Below are positions 14,945 through 28,745 of a stretch of 64,000 nucleotides of DNA, piece by piece. This DNA is from Eledone cirrhosa (lineage: Eukaryota). The stretch covers positions 99,572,001-99,636,000 of the forward strand of contig OZ024744.1 in the NCBI GenBank assembly GCA_964016885.1, in the 5' to 3' direction. Both the position numbers and the translations under genes were made by a program. Position 1 is the stretch's first letter, and every line of letters starts with the position of its first letter. The notes under the pieces are model-generated. The model ran no database searches, was not told the DNA's origin, and saw only the letters and a program-made list of their open reading frames with translations.

Positions 14945-15245
14945 TATGTTTACTTGGTTTGTTCATCCACCACATTAACAGGAGGTACTCAGTGCATACC
15001 ATCATGATACCAATTACTAAAGAGATTGTCTCGTTCACTGCAAGCTAAAAAGAACCTCTCCACTCCATATAGTCTCCAATCTCACACTACATTAATATTT
15101 AACATCCCAATCTTGAGTCATGACCTTTGTCAAGGTTCAGTTTCTGGAGGTCATACTTCCCAACTTCATCTATCGTGTCTTTCTAGGTCTCCCTCTTCTG
15201 CAGATTCTATCTACTTCTATTGCTTGGTACATTTTTTAAAATACA

Positions 15246-15305
<60 letters not shown>

Positions 15306-15310
<5 letters not shown>

Positions 15311-15429
15311 CGTTTCTGAATTTGTTTAGCAAGATTCTTTATCTGAAATCGTGTGTTGAAACCGATATTGTTATACTTTGGGAACTGGTGCATGTGTTTC
15401 CTATTGGCAACATGACCCTCCCAAAGTAT

Positions 15430-15437
<8 letters not shown>
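15306..15437. mobile_element. Mini inverted-arm element in (TA)n, same family as 32425-33386
   Basis: Inverted arms ATATTGTTATACTTTGGGA and TCCCAAAGTATAACAATAT. The left arm carries a tail matching the reverse complement of 33343-33386. Confidence 0.75.
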
Positions 15438-15464
<27 letters not shown>

Positions 15465-15465
<1 letters not shown>

Positions 15466-17200
15466 ACATCATCATCATTTTACATCCGCTTTTCCCTGCT
15501 TGCAAGGGTGGGATGGGTCCTATTCAGCACAGCATCTCTGCACTTGCCACGGTCCTTTGTCATCTCTTCAGTGAGTTCCAGCGATCTGAGGTCTGCTCTC
15601 ACCACCTCCGCCCATGTTTTTTGAGGTCTACCTCTACTGCGTCTTCCTTCTACTGGGATTTCTTGGCACTTCTTTACCCAGCGGTCATCCTCCATGCACA
15701 TCACATGTCCATACCATCGCAGTCTTCTCTCCCACACACCACAACTTATCCCTCTCGTCTATGCTTGGTCGTTCACGCACATTGACATTGCACATCCAAT
15801 GGAGCATGCTTGCTTAATTTCTCTCCCATGATTGCATATCCTCTGCAGTTGCTGCGCATGTCTCACTACGATGCAGCATCGCGCATCTTACACAGGCATT
15901 ATATAACTGGCCTTTCGTATGCAGGGAGAAACCCTTCTTTGTCAACAGAAGAAGCAGCTCCCTAAACTTCTTCCAATCCGTCCTTATTCTAGATACTATG
16001 GCCTCGGAACACCCCCACCCCCCCTCCCATGCTAATCTGATCTCCTAGGTACCGGAAGCTATCCACCACTTCTATAGCGCCCTCTTGCATTTGAAAAATG
16101 TGTCTATCAGTGCGACTTCTACTGTCTAATTTCCCTGTACATCTACTGCATACATATTTCTCCCAGCTATCCCGCTACATCTCTTGTGTACCCAGGATCT
16201 GCATTGTGTGCATTTTATAGAATTTATGCCAGTTCCTTTTCTGCATTTCAAACATGGCCATTTCCCTGACGGAATCAGGGTTTTGTCCTCTTTTCTACTC
16301 ATCAACACTTTTGTCTTAGCTAGGTTCACTGTCAGTCCTCTTGCTTCCAACTGCTGTTTCCATAGCCAGAATAATTTATTCTCTAGCTCCTCTACTGATT
16401 CTGCTATAAGAACCAGATCATCAGCATAGAGAAGTTCCCATGGACAGCCAGTCTTAAACTCCTGTGTTATGGCTTGGAGGACTATAAGGAACAAGAGGGG
16501 GCTGAGGACCGAACCCTGATATACTCCTACTTGTATCTGGAATTCCTCACTAAACTCCATTCCTACCCTCACTTTATTGACAGCACCTCTGTACATAGCT
16601 TGCACTGTCCTCACAAGCCATTCCTCTACCCCCTAGTTTCCTTAGGGACCATCAGATGACAGATCGGGGTACCCTATCAAAGGTTTTCTCTAGGTCAACA
16701 AAAGCTAAGTTTAGTGGCTTATTCTTCTCTAAGAACCTCTCTTGTAATTGCCTCACTAAGAAGAGGGCATCTGTTGTACTTTTCCCAGGCACAAAACCAA
16801 ACTGCATCTCATCTAGTTTGACCCTTTCTCTAATTAGTTGTGCTAGCACTCTTTCGGTCACTTTCATAACCTGATCCATCAGTTTTATACCCCTATAATT
16901 GCTCCTCTCCAGAGCATCCCCTTTACCTTTGTAGCAATTTATGAGAATACTGCTGCACCAGTCTTTGGGTATGACACCACCATATATAGCCTGATTGATG
17001 ATGCGTGCAACCAGCTTAGTGCCTACGTTCTCTGATGCCTTCAGCATCTCAGCAACTATTCCCGATGGTCCGGCAGCCTTACCATTTTTCATTTCCCTAA
17101 TCGCCTCTTGGACCCTATATTCGTCAATCTCAATAGCTGGTCCCTCTGTCGGGTCTACTGAGGGTAATTTCTCTCTCTCTCATTCATTCTCCACATTCAT
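15465..17200 (-). mobile_element. 5'-truncated, disrupted RTE-clade LINE (RT and C-terminus)
   Basis: ORFs 16652-17092 (KGKGD..NYRGI..QFGF..DLEKTFD), 16126-16614 (QGSVLSP..YADD) and 15480-15737 (RRLRWYGHV). Ends in a (GAT)n tail. Confidence 0.95.
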
Positions 17201-17207
17201 ATATATA

Positions 17208-17878
17208 TGTAGCAAAATCTGTCCACGCCTTGAACCTTGGGTGACACCTAGAGGTCAAATTCTAGGTCACCACCCTTTTGGTGTGGACAGGTTCGAGGTG
17301 GGGGACAGGAAGCGACAGGCATATAAAGTCTATATCATCCCACTTTAGCAATAGAGACATCGGAGCGCTAGGATACACAACAAATTATGTAAAGATTAAC
17401 CGCTAACTTCAGACCCCAGAGGTCTACAGAAAACCCAGAGACATCAGAGCATTACACCTACAACAAGCTATGTAAAGATTCACAGTTACTACAGACCCCA
17501 GAGGTCTACAGAAATACAGAGTGATTTGAACCCTATTACTACAGAACACAAATGTGGAAGATTCACCGCTGTCTGCAGGCCACGGTGGTTCACAGTTACT
17601 ACAGACCATAACAGAGGTATACAAACCATATCTCTCTCTCTCTTACTAACTACGGTCTCACAATTACTACCACGGACTCCAACTTCCAACAACAACATTA
17701 TCTGTTTGCTCGCTGTTTTCACATCAACAACAATAACAAAATTAACAACTCTTGGTAACTGTTTTATTGTACTTTTTAATTGATTCACGTGAAGTAAACC
17801 ATATATAAACCATATCATTTATTCTTATTATTCATGTTATAATCATTTCTAATAACCACATATAACCATCCTATTACA
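17208..17878 (+). mobile_element. Probable solo LTR
   Basis: TGTA...TACA termini, TATAAA near 17323, AGTAAA near 17793 and short internal repeats. Flanks are TATA/TATT (imperfect TSD). Confidence 0.5.
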
Positions 17879-17909
17879 TATTTATACCTTTCGTTAAATA
17901 TATATACAC

Positions 17910-18971
17910 ACCACCATTCTTTGCCCCAAATGCAAACAATGGGTACACAAGAGATGTAGCGGGATCTCAGGAAGCTTAATTAAGAATGTAGGCTTCACAT
18001 GTAGCAGCTGTGCTGGGACAGCAAGCAGCAAACAGCCACAGGAAACAAGTACCACCAATCTCTGGGAAGGCTCTGTAGAGACAGTAGACAGCTTCTGCTA
18101 CCTAGGTGACTGAATTAGCAGCAGAGGTGGGTGTTCAGAAAGTACAATAGGGTAAGAATGGGATGGAAGAAGTTCAGGGAACTACTGCCACTGCTAGCTG
18201 CAAAAAGGCTTCTCCCTCAAAATGAAAGGCAGACTGTTTGATGTGTGTATACGAACAGCGATGTTGCATGGTAGTGAGACCTGGGCGCTGAAGGTGGAAG
18301 ACTTACGTAGATTAGAGAGAAACGAAGCCTGCATGCTCCGATGGATGTGTAACAGTAATATACGTGAACGACAAAGCATAAATGAATTGAGAGAGAGACT
18401 GAGCATAAGAGGAATCATGCTGTGTGCAGGAGAGGCGGTTGCGTTGGTATGGACATGTGATGCGTATGATGGATGACAGCTGCATAAAAAGGTGCAGAGC
18501 ACTAGAAGTCAATGGAAACCACGGAGTGGGGAGACCCAAGATGACCTGGGATGAGGTGATAAAAGCCGACCTTACTCAATTACACCTCTCAAAGGCGATG
18601 ACACACGACCGTGACCTCTGGCGTCACGCAGTAGTACAGAGTACCCGACCTCCCATGGGTACAAGCTGAAGCATATAGACAATATGCCCCACACCCTCCC
18701 ACTGCAAGGTGGTCGTGGAGGTGCCATGGCAAAAAAGCACCCAGCCCACACTGTAAAGTGGACGTGTAGGCGCCACGGAAAAAGCACCCAGCACTCACTG
18801 TAAATGAGGTTGGTGTTAGGAAGGGCATCCAACTGTAGAAATCAAGCCAAATCAGTTCCTGTATGAGCAAGGCATGGTCAGCCGACCAGACACTGCCCAC
18901 AACAGGACAACCCGTCTAACCCATGCTAGCGTGGAAGAATGGACGTAAAACGGTGATGATGATGATGATGA
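17910..18971 (+). mobile_element. RTE LINE 3' fragment with 3' UTR and (GAT)n tail
   Basis: ORFs 18222-18476 (MLHGSETW) and 18424-18669 (RRLRWYGHVMRM). The UTR contains AGGAAGGGCATCC and ends in GATGATGAT. Confidence 0.92.
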
Positions 18972-20970
18972 CACCACATGACCATACCAGTACAATTGTC
19001 TATCTTGTTACAATACATTCAGTTCATCTTATACTCAGGTGACTTGTACTCTGTCATTCACACACACTAACATTACATATCCAGTGAAGCATACATGCTA
19101 CATTTCTTTTTAGCTAACGTAGATCTTCTGTACTCAGGGTTCATGTCTCGCTGTCATGTAGCATAACAGTTCAAACATGGACATCATATAATCTAACCTT
19201 CACTTTGAGTGAGAGGTCCTTTGTTACCAGCAGAGATAACAGCTCCCTAAACTTCTTCCATCATAAACTCAGGCTGTAACACTTTCAGTACATCCTTCTC
19301 CACTGCTAATGAGGTCAACTAGATAGAAAAAGCTTTCTACTACTTCTAGTGAACTATCTAAACATTTGAGAGAGCAGCTTTACTGTTGACTACTCCTGTG
19401 TACCTGTCATATATAAAGTCTACCTTCTCTGTCAGCCTACCTGTGATCCCACATCTCTTGTGTGTCTACCTGTTCACAAGAGAGCAGCTTTACTGTTGAC
19501 TACTCCTGTGTACCTGTCATATATAAAGTCTACCTTCTCTGTCAGCCTACCTGTGATCCCACATCTCTTGTGTGTCTACCTGTTCACAAGAGAGTAGCTT
19601 TACTGTTGACTACTCCTGTGTACCTGTCATATATAAAGTCTACCTTCTCTGTCAGCCTACCTGTGATCCCACATCTCTTGTGTGTCTACCTGTTCACAAG
19701 AGAGTAGCTTTACTGTTGACTACTCCTGTGTACCTGTCATATATAAAGTCTACCTTCTCTGTCAGCCTACCTGTGATCCCACATCTCTTGTGTGTCTACC
19801 TGTTCACAAGAGAGTAGCTTTACTGTTGACTACTCCTGTGTACCTGTCATATATAAAGTCTACCTTCTCTGTCAGCCTACCTGTGATCCCACATCTCTTG
19901 TGTGTCTACCTGTTCACAAGAGAGTAGCTTTACTGTTGACTACTCCTGTGTACCTGTCATATGTAAAGTCTACCTTCTCTGTCAGCCTACCTGTGATCCC
20001 ACAACATCTCTTGTGTGTCTACCTGTTCACAAGAGAGTAGCTTTACTGTTGACTACTCCTGTGTACCTGTCATATATAAAGTCTACCTTCTCTGTCAGCC
20101 TACCTGTGATCCCACAACATCTCTTGTGTGTCCATTGTTCACAAGAGAGCAGCTTTACTGTTGACTACTCCTGTGTACCTGTCATATATAAAGTCTACCT
20201 TCTCTGTCAGCCTACCTGTGATCCCACAACATCTCTTGTGTGTCCATTGTTCACAAGAGAGCAGCTTTACTGTTGACTACTCCTGTGTACCTGTCATATA
20301 TAAAGTCTACCTTCTCTGTCAGCCTACCTGTGATCCCACAACATCTCTTGTGTGTCCATTGTTCACAAGAGAGCAGCTTTACTGTTGACTACTCCTGTGT
20401 ACCTGTCATATATAAAGTCTACCTTCTCTGTCAGCCTACCTGTGATCCCACAACATCTCTTGTGTGTCCATTGTTCACAAGAGAGTAGCTTTACTGTTGA
20501 CTACTCCTGTGTACCTGTTATATATAAAGTCTACCTTCTCTGTCAGCCTACCTGTGATCCCACATCTCTTGTGTGTCTACCTGTTCACAAGAGAGTAGCT
20601 TTACTGTTGACTACTCCTGTGTACCTGTCATATATAAAGTCTACCTTCTCTGTCAGCCTACCTGTGATCCCACAACATCTCTTGTGTGTCTACCTGTTCA
20701 CAAGAGAGCAGCTTTACTGTTGACTACTCCTGTGTACCTGTCATATATAAAGTCTACCTTCTCTGTCAGCCTACCTGTGATCCCACTACATCTCTTGCGT
20801 GTCTACACTTGATATACCATACAGAGTTTCCTCCAATCTCTTTTCTATATATTGAGCATAGCTATCTCCCTGGTGGTAACAGCATTACCTTCTTTATCAC
20901 TTACTAAAACTGTACTCCTTGCTAGGTTTACTTTGAGGCTCTTTAATTCAAGGTTGTACTACAGCTCCCA
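18972..20970 (-). mobile_element. Degenerate RTE LINE fragment hosting an internal tandem array
   Basis: Both flanks of the array translate on the minus strand as decayed RTE: LYWYGHV near 18980, WKKFRELL near 19250 and LKVNLA near 20930. Confidence 0.75.
19371..20807. repeat. 110-113-bp tandem repeat, 13 copies, amplified from the Cys-rich RTE segment
   Basis: Units start at 19371, 19481, 19591 and so on. The minus strand reads (W)THKRC(C)GITGRLTEKVDFIYDRYTGVVNSK, matching WVHKRCSGITGKLTRNIDFICGRCSGAISS of the 35-38 kb LINE. Confidence 0.95.
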
Positions 20971-21077
20971 CCTCTCGGCTATTCTGTTGATGAAACAACT
21001 GTAAGACTCATCTGGAATTTCTACATGCACATACGCATACACACACACACAGATGTATATATATATATATATATAAT

Positions 21078-21503
21078 CATCATCATCATCATCATTGTTT
21101 AACATCCACTTTTCATGATGGCATGGGTTAGACAGGTTGTTCCATTTGAGGCAAGTTGGGTCAAGTGACCATGTCTTGCTCTCATATAGAACTGTTTCTG
21201 GCTAGATTTCTATGGCTAGATGCCCTTTCCTAGCACCAACCACATTTACAGTGTATGCTGCGTGCTTTTTGTTGTGACCCCTACACGACCACTTCACAAT
21301 GTGAACTGAGTGTTTTTTATCATGACACCTACACGTCCAATTTACAGTGTGGGCTGGATGCTTTTTGTGATACCAACATAACTTTACATAACTTCCGTGT
21401 CGAGTGAGGCATGGTCACCCGACCATTCCCGCATCCAATGGAACAAAACCGTCTAACCCATGCTAGTGTGGAAGATGGACGTTAAACGATGATGATGATG
21501 ATG
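21078..21503. mobile_element. RTE 3'-UTR/SINE-tail fragments in opposite orientations
   Basis: (CAT)n plus a minus-strand UTR at 21078-21380. A plus-strand terminal CCGTCTAACCCATGCTAG..GGACGTTAAACGATGAT lies at about 21400-21503. Confidence 0.7.
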
Positions 21504-22922
21504 TATGTAGAGAAATTTAGTATACAGGTAGGCATCCACCAAGGCTCTATTCTTAGCCCTCTCCTGTTTATTATCATATTGCAGGCTATAACAGAGGAGT
21601 TTAAGTAAGGCTGCCCATGAGAACCCCTGTAGGTGGATGATCTTACACTCATAGCTGAATCCATGGTGGAACTAAAGAAGAAATTCCAAATATGGAAGCA
21701 GAGCCTAGAAAGGAGGGTTCTTAAAGTCAATCTGACAAAGACTAAGGTCCTATGAAGTAGAAGAGAAAGCAGAAGCCAGATCCCCTCTTGGAAATGGCCT
21801 TGCTCAGTGTATAGGAAAGGTGTGGGTAGAAATTCCATCCTCTGTCCCATATGCAAACTATGGGTACACAAGAGATGTAGTGTGATCTCAGGAAGTTTAG
21901 CTAAAAATGTAGGCTTTACATGTAGCAGTTGCACCGGGACAGTAAGCAGCAAATAACCACAGGAAACAAATACTACCAAATTCTGGGAGGGCTTGGTAAA
22001 ACAGTAGACAGCTTCTGTTACCCAGAGGTGGGTGTTTTGAAATTACAGTAGCCAGAGTAAGAACATGATGGAAGAAGTTCAGGGAGCTACTACCACTGCT
22101 GGCTACAGAATGAGAAGCCGACTGCATGATGTGTGCATATGAACAGCAATGTTGCATGGTAGTGAGACCTGGGCCCTGTGTGCAGAGGACTTGTATAGAT
22201 TGGAAAGAAATGAAGCTTGCATGCTCCGATGGATGTGTAATAGTAATATACGCAAACGTATATAATAATAATAAGGATAAGTGTACTGAGAGAGAAACTA
22301 GGCACAAGAGGAATCAAATGCAGTGTGCAGAAGAGGAGATTACATTGGTATGGACATGTTATGTATATGAAGGATGACAGCCGCCTAAAAAGGTACAGAG
22401 CTCTCAAATTTGATGGACGCCTTGGAGTGGAGAGACCCAGGGAGATTTGGGATGATGTGATAAAAGCTGACCTTGCCCAATTGCACCTCTCAAAGGTGAT
22501 GACACAGGACCGAGATCCCTGGCGTTATGCAGTAATGCAGAACACCCGACTTCTCACAGACGCAGGCCGAAGCTGAAGCATATAGACAGTATGCACCCCT
22601 CCACCCTCCCATACATCTCCCATGAGAACTGGCTGAAGTATTCATCCAGTGAAGCCTCCAGCCCACACTGTAAAGGGCTCGTGATGGCGACACAACAAAA
22701 AGTGCCCAGCCCACACTGTAAAGTGGTTGTGTAGGTATCACAACCCAGTACTCACTGTAAAAGAGGTTGACGTTAGGAAGGGTGCCCAGCCAAACCAAGC
22801 CAAAATCAGTTCTGTACGAACAAGACATGGTCATCTGACCTAGCATTGCCTACAACAGGACAACTCATCTAACCCATTCTAACATGGAAAAATAGACGTA
22901 AAACAGTGATGATGATGATGAT
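21504..22922 (+). mobile_element. Disrupted RTE LINE 3' half
   Basis: Translates as GIHQGSILSPLLF..GCP..DDL..KWPCSV..MLHGSETW..RLHWYGHV with many stops. Has a UTR and (GAT)n tail. Confidence 0.9.
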
Positions 22923-23521
22923 AATGTGGTATGGTCACGTGATGCGCATGAAAGATGACAGCTGTATAAAAGAGTGCAGGGCAATAAAAATAGACGGTAG
23001 CCACGGAGTAAGCAGACCCAGAAAAACCTGGGACGACTTGATAAATTCCGACCTCACACACTTACACCTCTCCAAGACAATGTCACTGGACCGAGATCTT
23101 TGGCGCTACGCAGTAATACAGAAGACCCGCCTTACCTAAGTACAAACTGAAATCTACTAGAGTCAGTAGGTACCTCTAACAAAAATACACCCCCGTTCCA
23201 CTACCCCCACCCCATCCACACCACCCCTTTCAATGTAAAGTTATGTTGGTACCACAACATCCAGCCCGAAACAAATGAGGTCGTGTAGGTGTCACGACAA
23301 AAAAACACACAGTCCACGCTGTAATGTGGCCTTGTAGGTAACACGGTAAAAACCTCCCAGCCCCACACTGTAAACGTGGTTGGTGTTAGGAAGGGCATCC
23401 AGCCGTAGAAAACCCGCCAGACACTCCTATGCGAGCAAGACAACCACTCTTACCTCAAGTGGGAAAACTCCCGTCCAAACCCATGCAAGCGTGGAAGATG
23501 GACTTTAAACGATGATGATGA
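22923..23521 (+). mobile_element. RTE LINE 3' end, same subfamily as 35218-38841
   Basis: WYGHVMRMKDDSCIKECRAIKIDGSHG is nearly identical to ORF 35674-35949, and the UTR matches the reverse complement of 35218-35640. Confidence 0.92.
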
Positions 23522-23534
23522 TTATATATATATA

Positions 23535-23724
23535 TATGAAAAGATTCAGGACCCCGACGGCTGAGCTCCAGCCGTTTCGACAGCTAAATCCAATATAGCT
23601 GTCGAAACGGCTGGAGCTCAGCCGTCGGGGTCCTGAATCCTTTCATATTACCTACTCTACTACCCCAAGTATCGAGTACTCTGGTACCATGGTCCACTTG
23701 GTATCTTACCACACCCTCTTTGTT
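23535..23724. mobile_element. Mini fold-back element (~52-bp arms, 9-nt loop, one-sided tail), same family as 27337-28854
   Basis: 23535-23586 is the reverse complement of 23596-23648 with one mismatch. The tail 23649-23724 resembles the reverse complement of 27337-27416. TA tracts lie on both sides. Confidence 0.85.
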
Positions 23725-23747
23725 ATATATATATATATCATCATCAT

Positions 23748-24726
<979 letters not shown>

Positions 24727-24741
24727 CATGGCTTAGTGATT

Positions 24742-25086
24742 GGAAGCACATGGCTCAGTGGTTAGAGCATTGGCCTTGCAATCGAAAGGTTGTGAGTTCA
24801 ATTCTCAGACCGGGTGATGTGTTGTTTCCTTGAGCAAGACACTTCATTTCACATTGCTCCAGTTTACTCAGCTGTAGAAATGAGATGATAGGGACTGGAG
24901 TCCATATCATTCCACTGCAAAGTGGTCGTGGAGGTGCCACGGCAAAAAAGCACCCAGCACTCACTGTAAATGAGGTTGGTGTTAGGAAGGGCATCCAGCT
25001 GTAGAAATCAAGCCAGAATCAGTTCCCGTCCCACCCTTGCAAGCAGGGAAAAGCAGACGTAAAATGAAATGATGATGAAATGATGA
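24742..25086 (+). mobile_element. tRNA-derived SINE of the same family, head-to-head with 23748-24081
   Basis: A box TGGCTCAGTGG, B box GAGTTCAATTC, and the same body and tail. Confidence 0.88.
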
Positions 25087-25111
25087 TATATATATATATA
25101 TATATATATAT

Positions 25112-25430
25112 GAGAATTAAAATACTAGAGTGTGTTGGAGTTAAACACCCTCTTCATATTATAGAAATGACAGTAAAAGATATAGCTCAATGTAATTAAA
25201 CAGAGCCGAAGAATTATGAAAATATACCAAAGAAGCCTTCAATACATCAAAAGTCTTTATTAGCCAACAATGTTTCGTCCTATTAAGGACTCATCGGGGC
25301 AAGTAAAGCTATAAGAAGCACTATCGGCCAATACAAGCCAAAAACTCAGAAGAATATGGAGTATACATCTATTAAAGCTTAGGAAAATTATCAAGTAAAA
25401 ATTGCTAAGGAAGTGAATAACATTTTGCAC
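25112..25430 (-). mobile_element. Penelope-like pseudo-LTR remnant, homologous to 29150-29472
   Basis: Its reverse complement aligns by eye with 29150-29472. It contains a hammerhead motif followed by AATAAA and ends in (TA)n. Confidence 0.7.
25261..25302 (-). ncRNA. Minimal type I hammerhead ribozyme, U4C variant (probably impaired)
   Basis: TTGCC CCGATGA GTCCT-TAAT-AGGAC GAAAC-ATT-GTT GGCTA. Confidence 0.65.
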
Positions 25431-25592
25431 CCATATTACAAATATAGTAAAATGCAAAAACTAAAGCTAAACACAAGTGGTGATATAAAGCGAGAATTAC
25501 AGTACGATATATAATATAATATAATATAATATAATTAATAATGATAATAATAATAATATTAAAAGGCCCAATATACATATATATATATATAC

Positions 25593-25646
<54 letters not shown>

Positions 25647-26159
25647 ATACACATATCCATCAATACAAACACAAACTAACACTTATTAAGAGTTTAAATA
25701 TAAATATAATACATATATTATTTACAGAAGAAAATGATAAAGAAATGAATAAAAATAAAAATATAATATATAATATACTATATAATTTATAATCTCTGGT
25801 CAATTTGCACAAATAATATAAATATTACAATAACACTATAATAACAATATTATAATATATTGGCATATAACTTAACAAATCATATAAAGTTACACACAGG
25901 GTGAGAAAAAAATCATACAGAATTTTAATTGTGTTGAAAAAAATTTTGCTGGAAAAATATCTATACCGTTGTAACAAAACAGACAGGGGTCGAGTTTTTA
26001 TACAATTGGTATAAATAAATATTATCTAAACATTATAAAAATTATAAAAATATAAACATATTACAGAATTTACAAAATTTAACATAAGGGTACATCGAAT
26101 AATCGGTAAATATTTAAGATCTATAGTACGATTAGATAAAGAGATATGATATAACAACT

Positions 26160-27210
26160 TCAATATCAAATAACAAACATTCAGGATTTGGGCACCATGG
26201 CCCATTCGAGAAGAGAATTACTGTTTGCGGAGACATATCCGGGTGTGGGTGGTTTGTCCAGGATTACTTGGAGGAATTTGTCCAAAGACTTCTTGAATTT
26301 TGTGTGGTCAGTTTCTGTTTTGACGTGTCCTGGTGTGATGTTGAAGAGAGCAGGGCCAATTGAGGTGAAATAATTGTGCCGTATTGTTATTATGAGTTGC
26401 GATTTAGATTTTTGTTTGGGACGGATAGCACGGGGCCCAAGCCTTGGGTGTATTTTGATTTTGAAGGTGATGCTAACATCATTTGGGCAGTGCTGATGAA
26501 ACATTTTCCACATCATGCAGATAATATAACGCTCACGGCGACGTTGGAGTGAGTAAAGTTTCAGCTTTTCTAGTCGACCCCAGTAGTCAAGGTCTGACAT
26601 GCCATCTATCTTTTTCGTGATTGCCCTTTGGGGAGCTTCAAGTTTCATGATACTTTGTTTCGTGTGGGGAGACAACAGTGGACAACAGTATTCAAGGTGT
26701 GGTCGGGCAAAATTGGAGAAGAGAAGGATAATGGTGTGGGAATCTCTCAACTGGAAGGTTCTGAGGATCCAGGAAAACATTCTGCGGGCCATGTCAACTT
26801 TGCTGCTTATATGCGTGGCCCAGCTTATGTTGCTGTCCACGGTTTCTCCCAAGTCTCTGATGTTGTTAGATGCCATGAGAGTTTCACCGGAGGGAAGGGA
26901 GTACGGGAGTTTCAGAGCATCCTCTTTTCCAAAGTGGATCAGTTCGGATTTGTCTTCGTTCAGTAACATGTTGTTCTTTTCCGCCCATTGGGTAACAGCC
27001 AGTAGGTCTGACTGAAGGCTTATCCGGTCATCCACGCCATTGATGACCTTTTGAAGCTTGGAATCATCAGCGAAAATTCTAATGTTGCTGTGTTTGATGA
27101 TGTCAGTGATGTCATTAATATAGATGATGAAGAGAAATGGGCCCAACACAGCGCCTTGTGGGACCCCACTACTGACTTTGGCTGGGCTGGATTTCACTCC
27201 TTCAACTACA
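26160..27210 (-). mobile_element. 5'-truncated CR1-group LINE (RT C-terminal half, 338-aa open frame)
   Basis: ORF 26181-27197 contains [39 protein letters not shown] and RLEKLKLYSLQRRRER. Confidence 0.93.
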
Positions 27211-27429
27211 ACATATATACATATATATATACTTATATATATTTATATATATACATATATATATACATATATATACATATATATATACATATATATATAT
27301 ATATACATATATATATACATATATATATACATATATAACGAAAGAAATGTGGTAAGGAACCAGGTGGACCATAACGCACCAAAGTACTCAATACTTAGGG
27401 TAGTAGAGTGGGTAATAGGAACCAGTAAG

Positions 27430-27524
27430 ACCCCGACGGCTGAGCTCAAGCCGTTTCGACGGCTAAATTCTGGACTAAATGAAAATTTATCCTGGTATAT
27501 AAATAGCCGAGCTTCTCAAGGGGT
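27430..27524 (-). ncRNA. Type I hammerhead ribozyme candidate, U3-A8 core variant
   Basis: ACCCC TTGAGAA G-CT-CGGCTA...TAGCCG-T-C GAAACGGCT-TGAGCTC-AGCCGTC GGGGT: helix I of 5 bp, helix III of 6 bp, GUC cleavage site. Confidence 0.65.
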
Positions 27525-28745
27525 AATTCCATATATGGTCAAAGTGATTGTCACAAGGATTGGTCACAAGTTAGTAGTAATTCTGTGATGGCAAATTAGT
27601 AGGGGAGAGGGTGGCTAAACCTGCCAGTAGGAGAAAAAGGGGAGGGGGTGGAGTAGACCCAATCATGCGTTGGTAGTGCCGGCTACAGCTGGGCATGAGG
27701 TCAAAGAAGATACTAGGGAGGGGGAGGGGGAGGAAGTCGAAATGGTAAGTAGGACAATGAAGGGTAAAAATATATATATATGAAAAAAAAAATACTGAGA
27801 GTGATAAAAAGCGAATAAATGTAAAGAAAAAAATATAAGCAATTTCTACGACCTAAGTCTCTAGCTATTGCTAGGCTAGATAAATAAATAAAGAAAGAAA
27901 TAAAGAAATAAAGAAACGAGATAAAGAAATAAAAAAATAAGTAAATAAACTAGGTGGGACGAAATAGGAAAGGACCCTTTTAAGAGGTATAAGTACGTAT
28001 ATCATACGGTGACGGGTCAACAATGGGGGCCAAAATACTAAAGAAACTACCACGAAATAATTAATAAAGGTTTCTACCCCGGGCACAAGGCCAGCAACCA
28101 CCCAGTGCAGAAAAGTAAACTAGTACGAGATAATAATTCTGAGTCCCGAAAAAAATATACTAATGCTAACTCTAAGGGTACCGCCACGCTACAAAAGTTC
28201 TTATACAAGCTACATGAAAGTTCGTACGAGGTAAAAGTAGAATACGGAAAAATAAATTCAGAATCCACCCCGCCCAAAAGAAAAGAGAAGAAAGAAATAC
28301 TGAAACGAGAAATTAAGGCAGAGGTGCCCCTAAGAAATATAGAAGGCACGGAAAAAAGGGGGAGCGGTCGGATAAGGGGGCAAGTATCCGAGGTCTAACA
28401 CAACTGCTATAGAAAGCGGAGTCCGCCAACTCTATCATAGACTAGGGGAGGGGGTGGGGGTAATGAGGCTACAAGGGGCCAAAGGGCTGCCTCGGGTGGG
28501 CGAGAAAAATACGGCGACAAAGAAAAAGAACGACTTCCTCCCCCTCCCCCTCGCTAGTATCTTCTTTGACCTCATGCCCAGCTGTAGCCGGCACTACCAA
28601 CGCATGATTGGGTCTACTCCACCCCCTCCCCTTTTTCTCCTACTGGCAGGTTTAGCCACCCTCTCCCCTACTAATTTGCCATCACAGAATTACTACTAAC
28701 TTGTGACCAATCCTTGTGACAATCACTTTGACCATATATGGAATT

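Noticed and set aside
18780-18845. Twister ribozyme in the recurrent AAAAGCACCCAG..GGTTGGTGTTAGGAAGGGCATCC motif
   Set aside because: The twister core (GGUCCCAAGCCC-like loop and UAA cleavage loop) is not recognisable.
24742-24812. tRNA gene (also 583-655 and 24010-24081)
   Set aside because: A and B boxes are present, but there is no full cloverleaf and the sequence continues into a SINE body.
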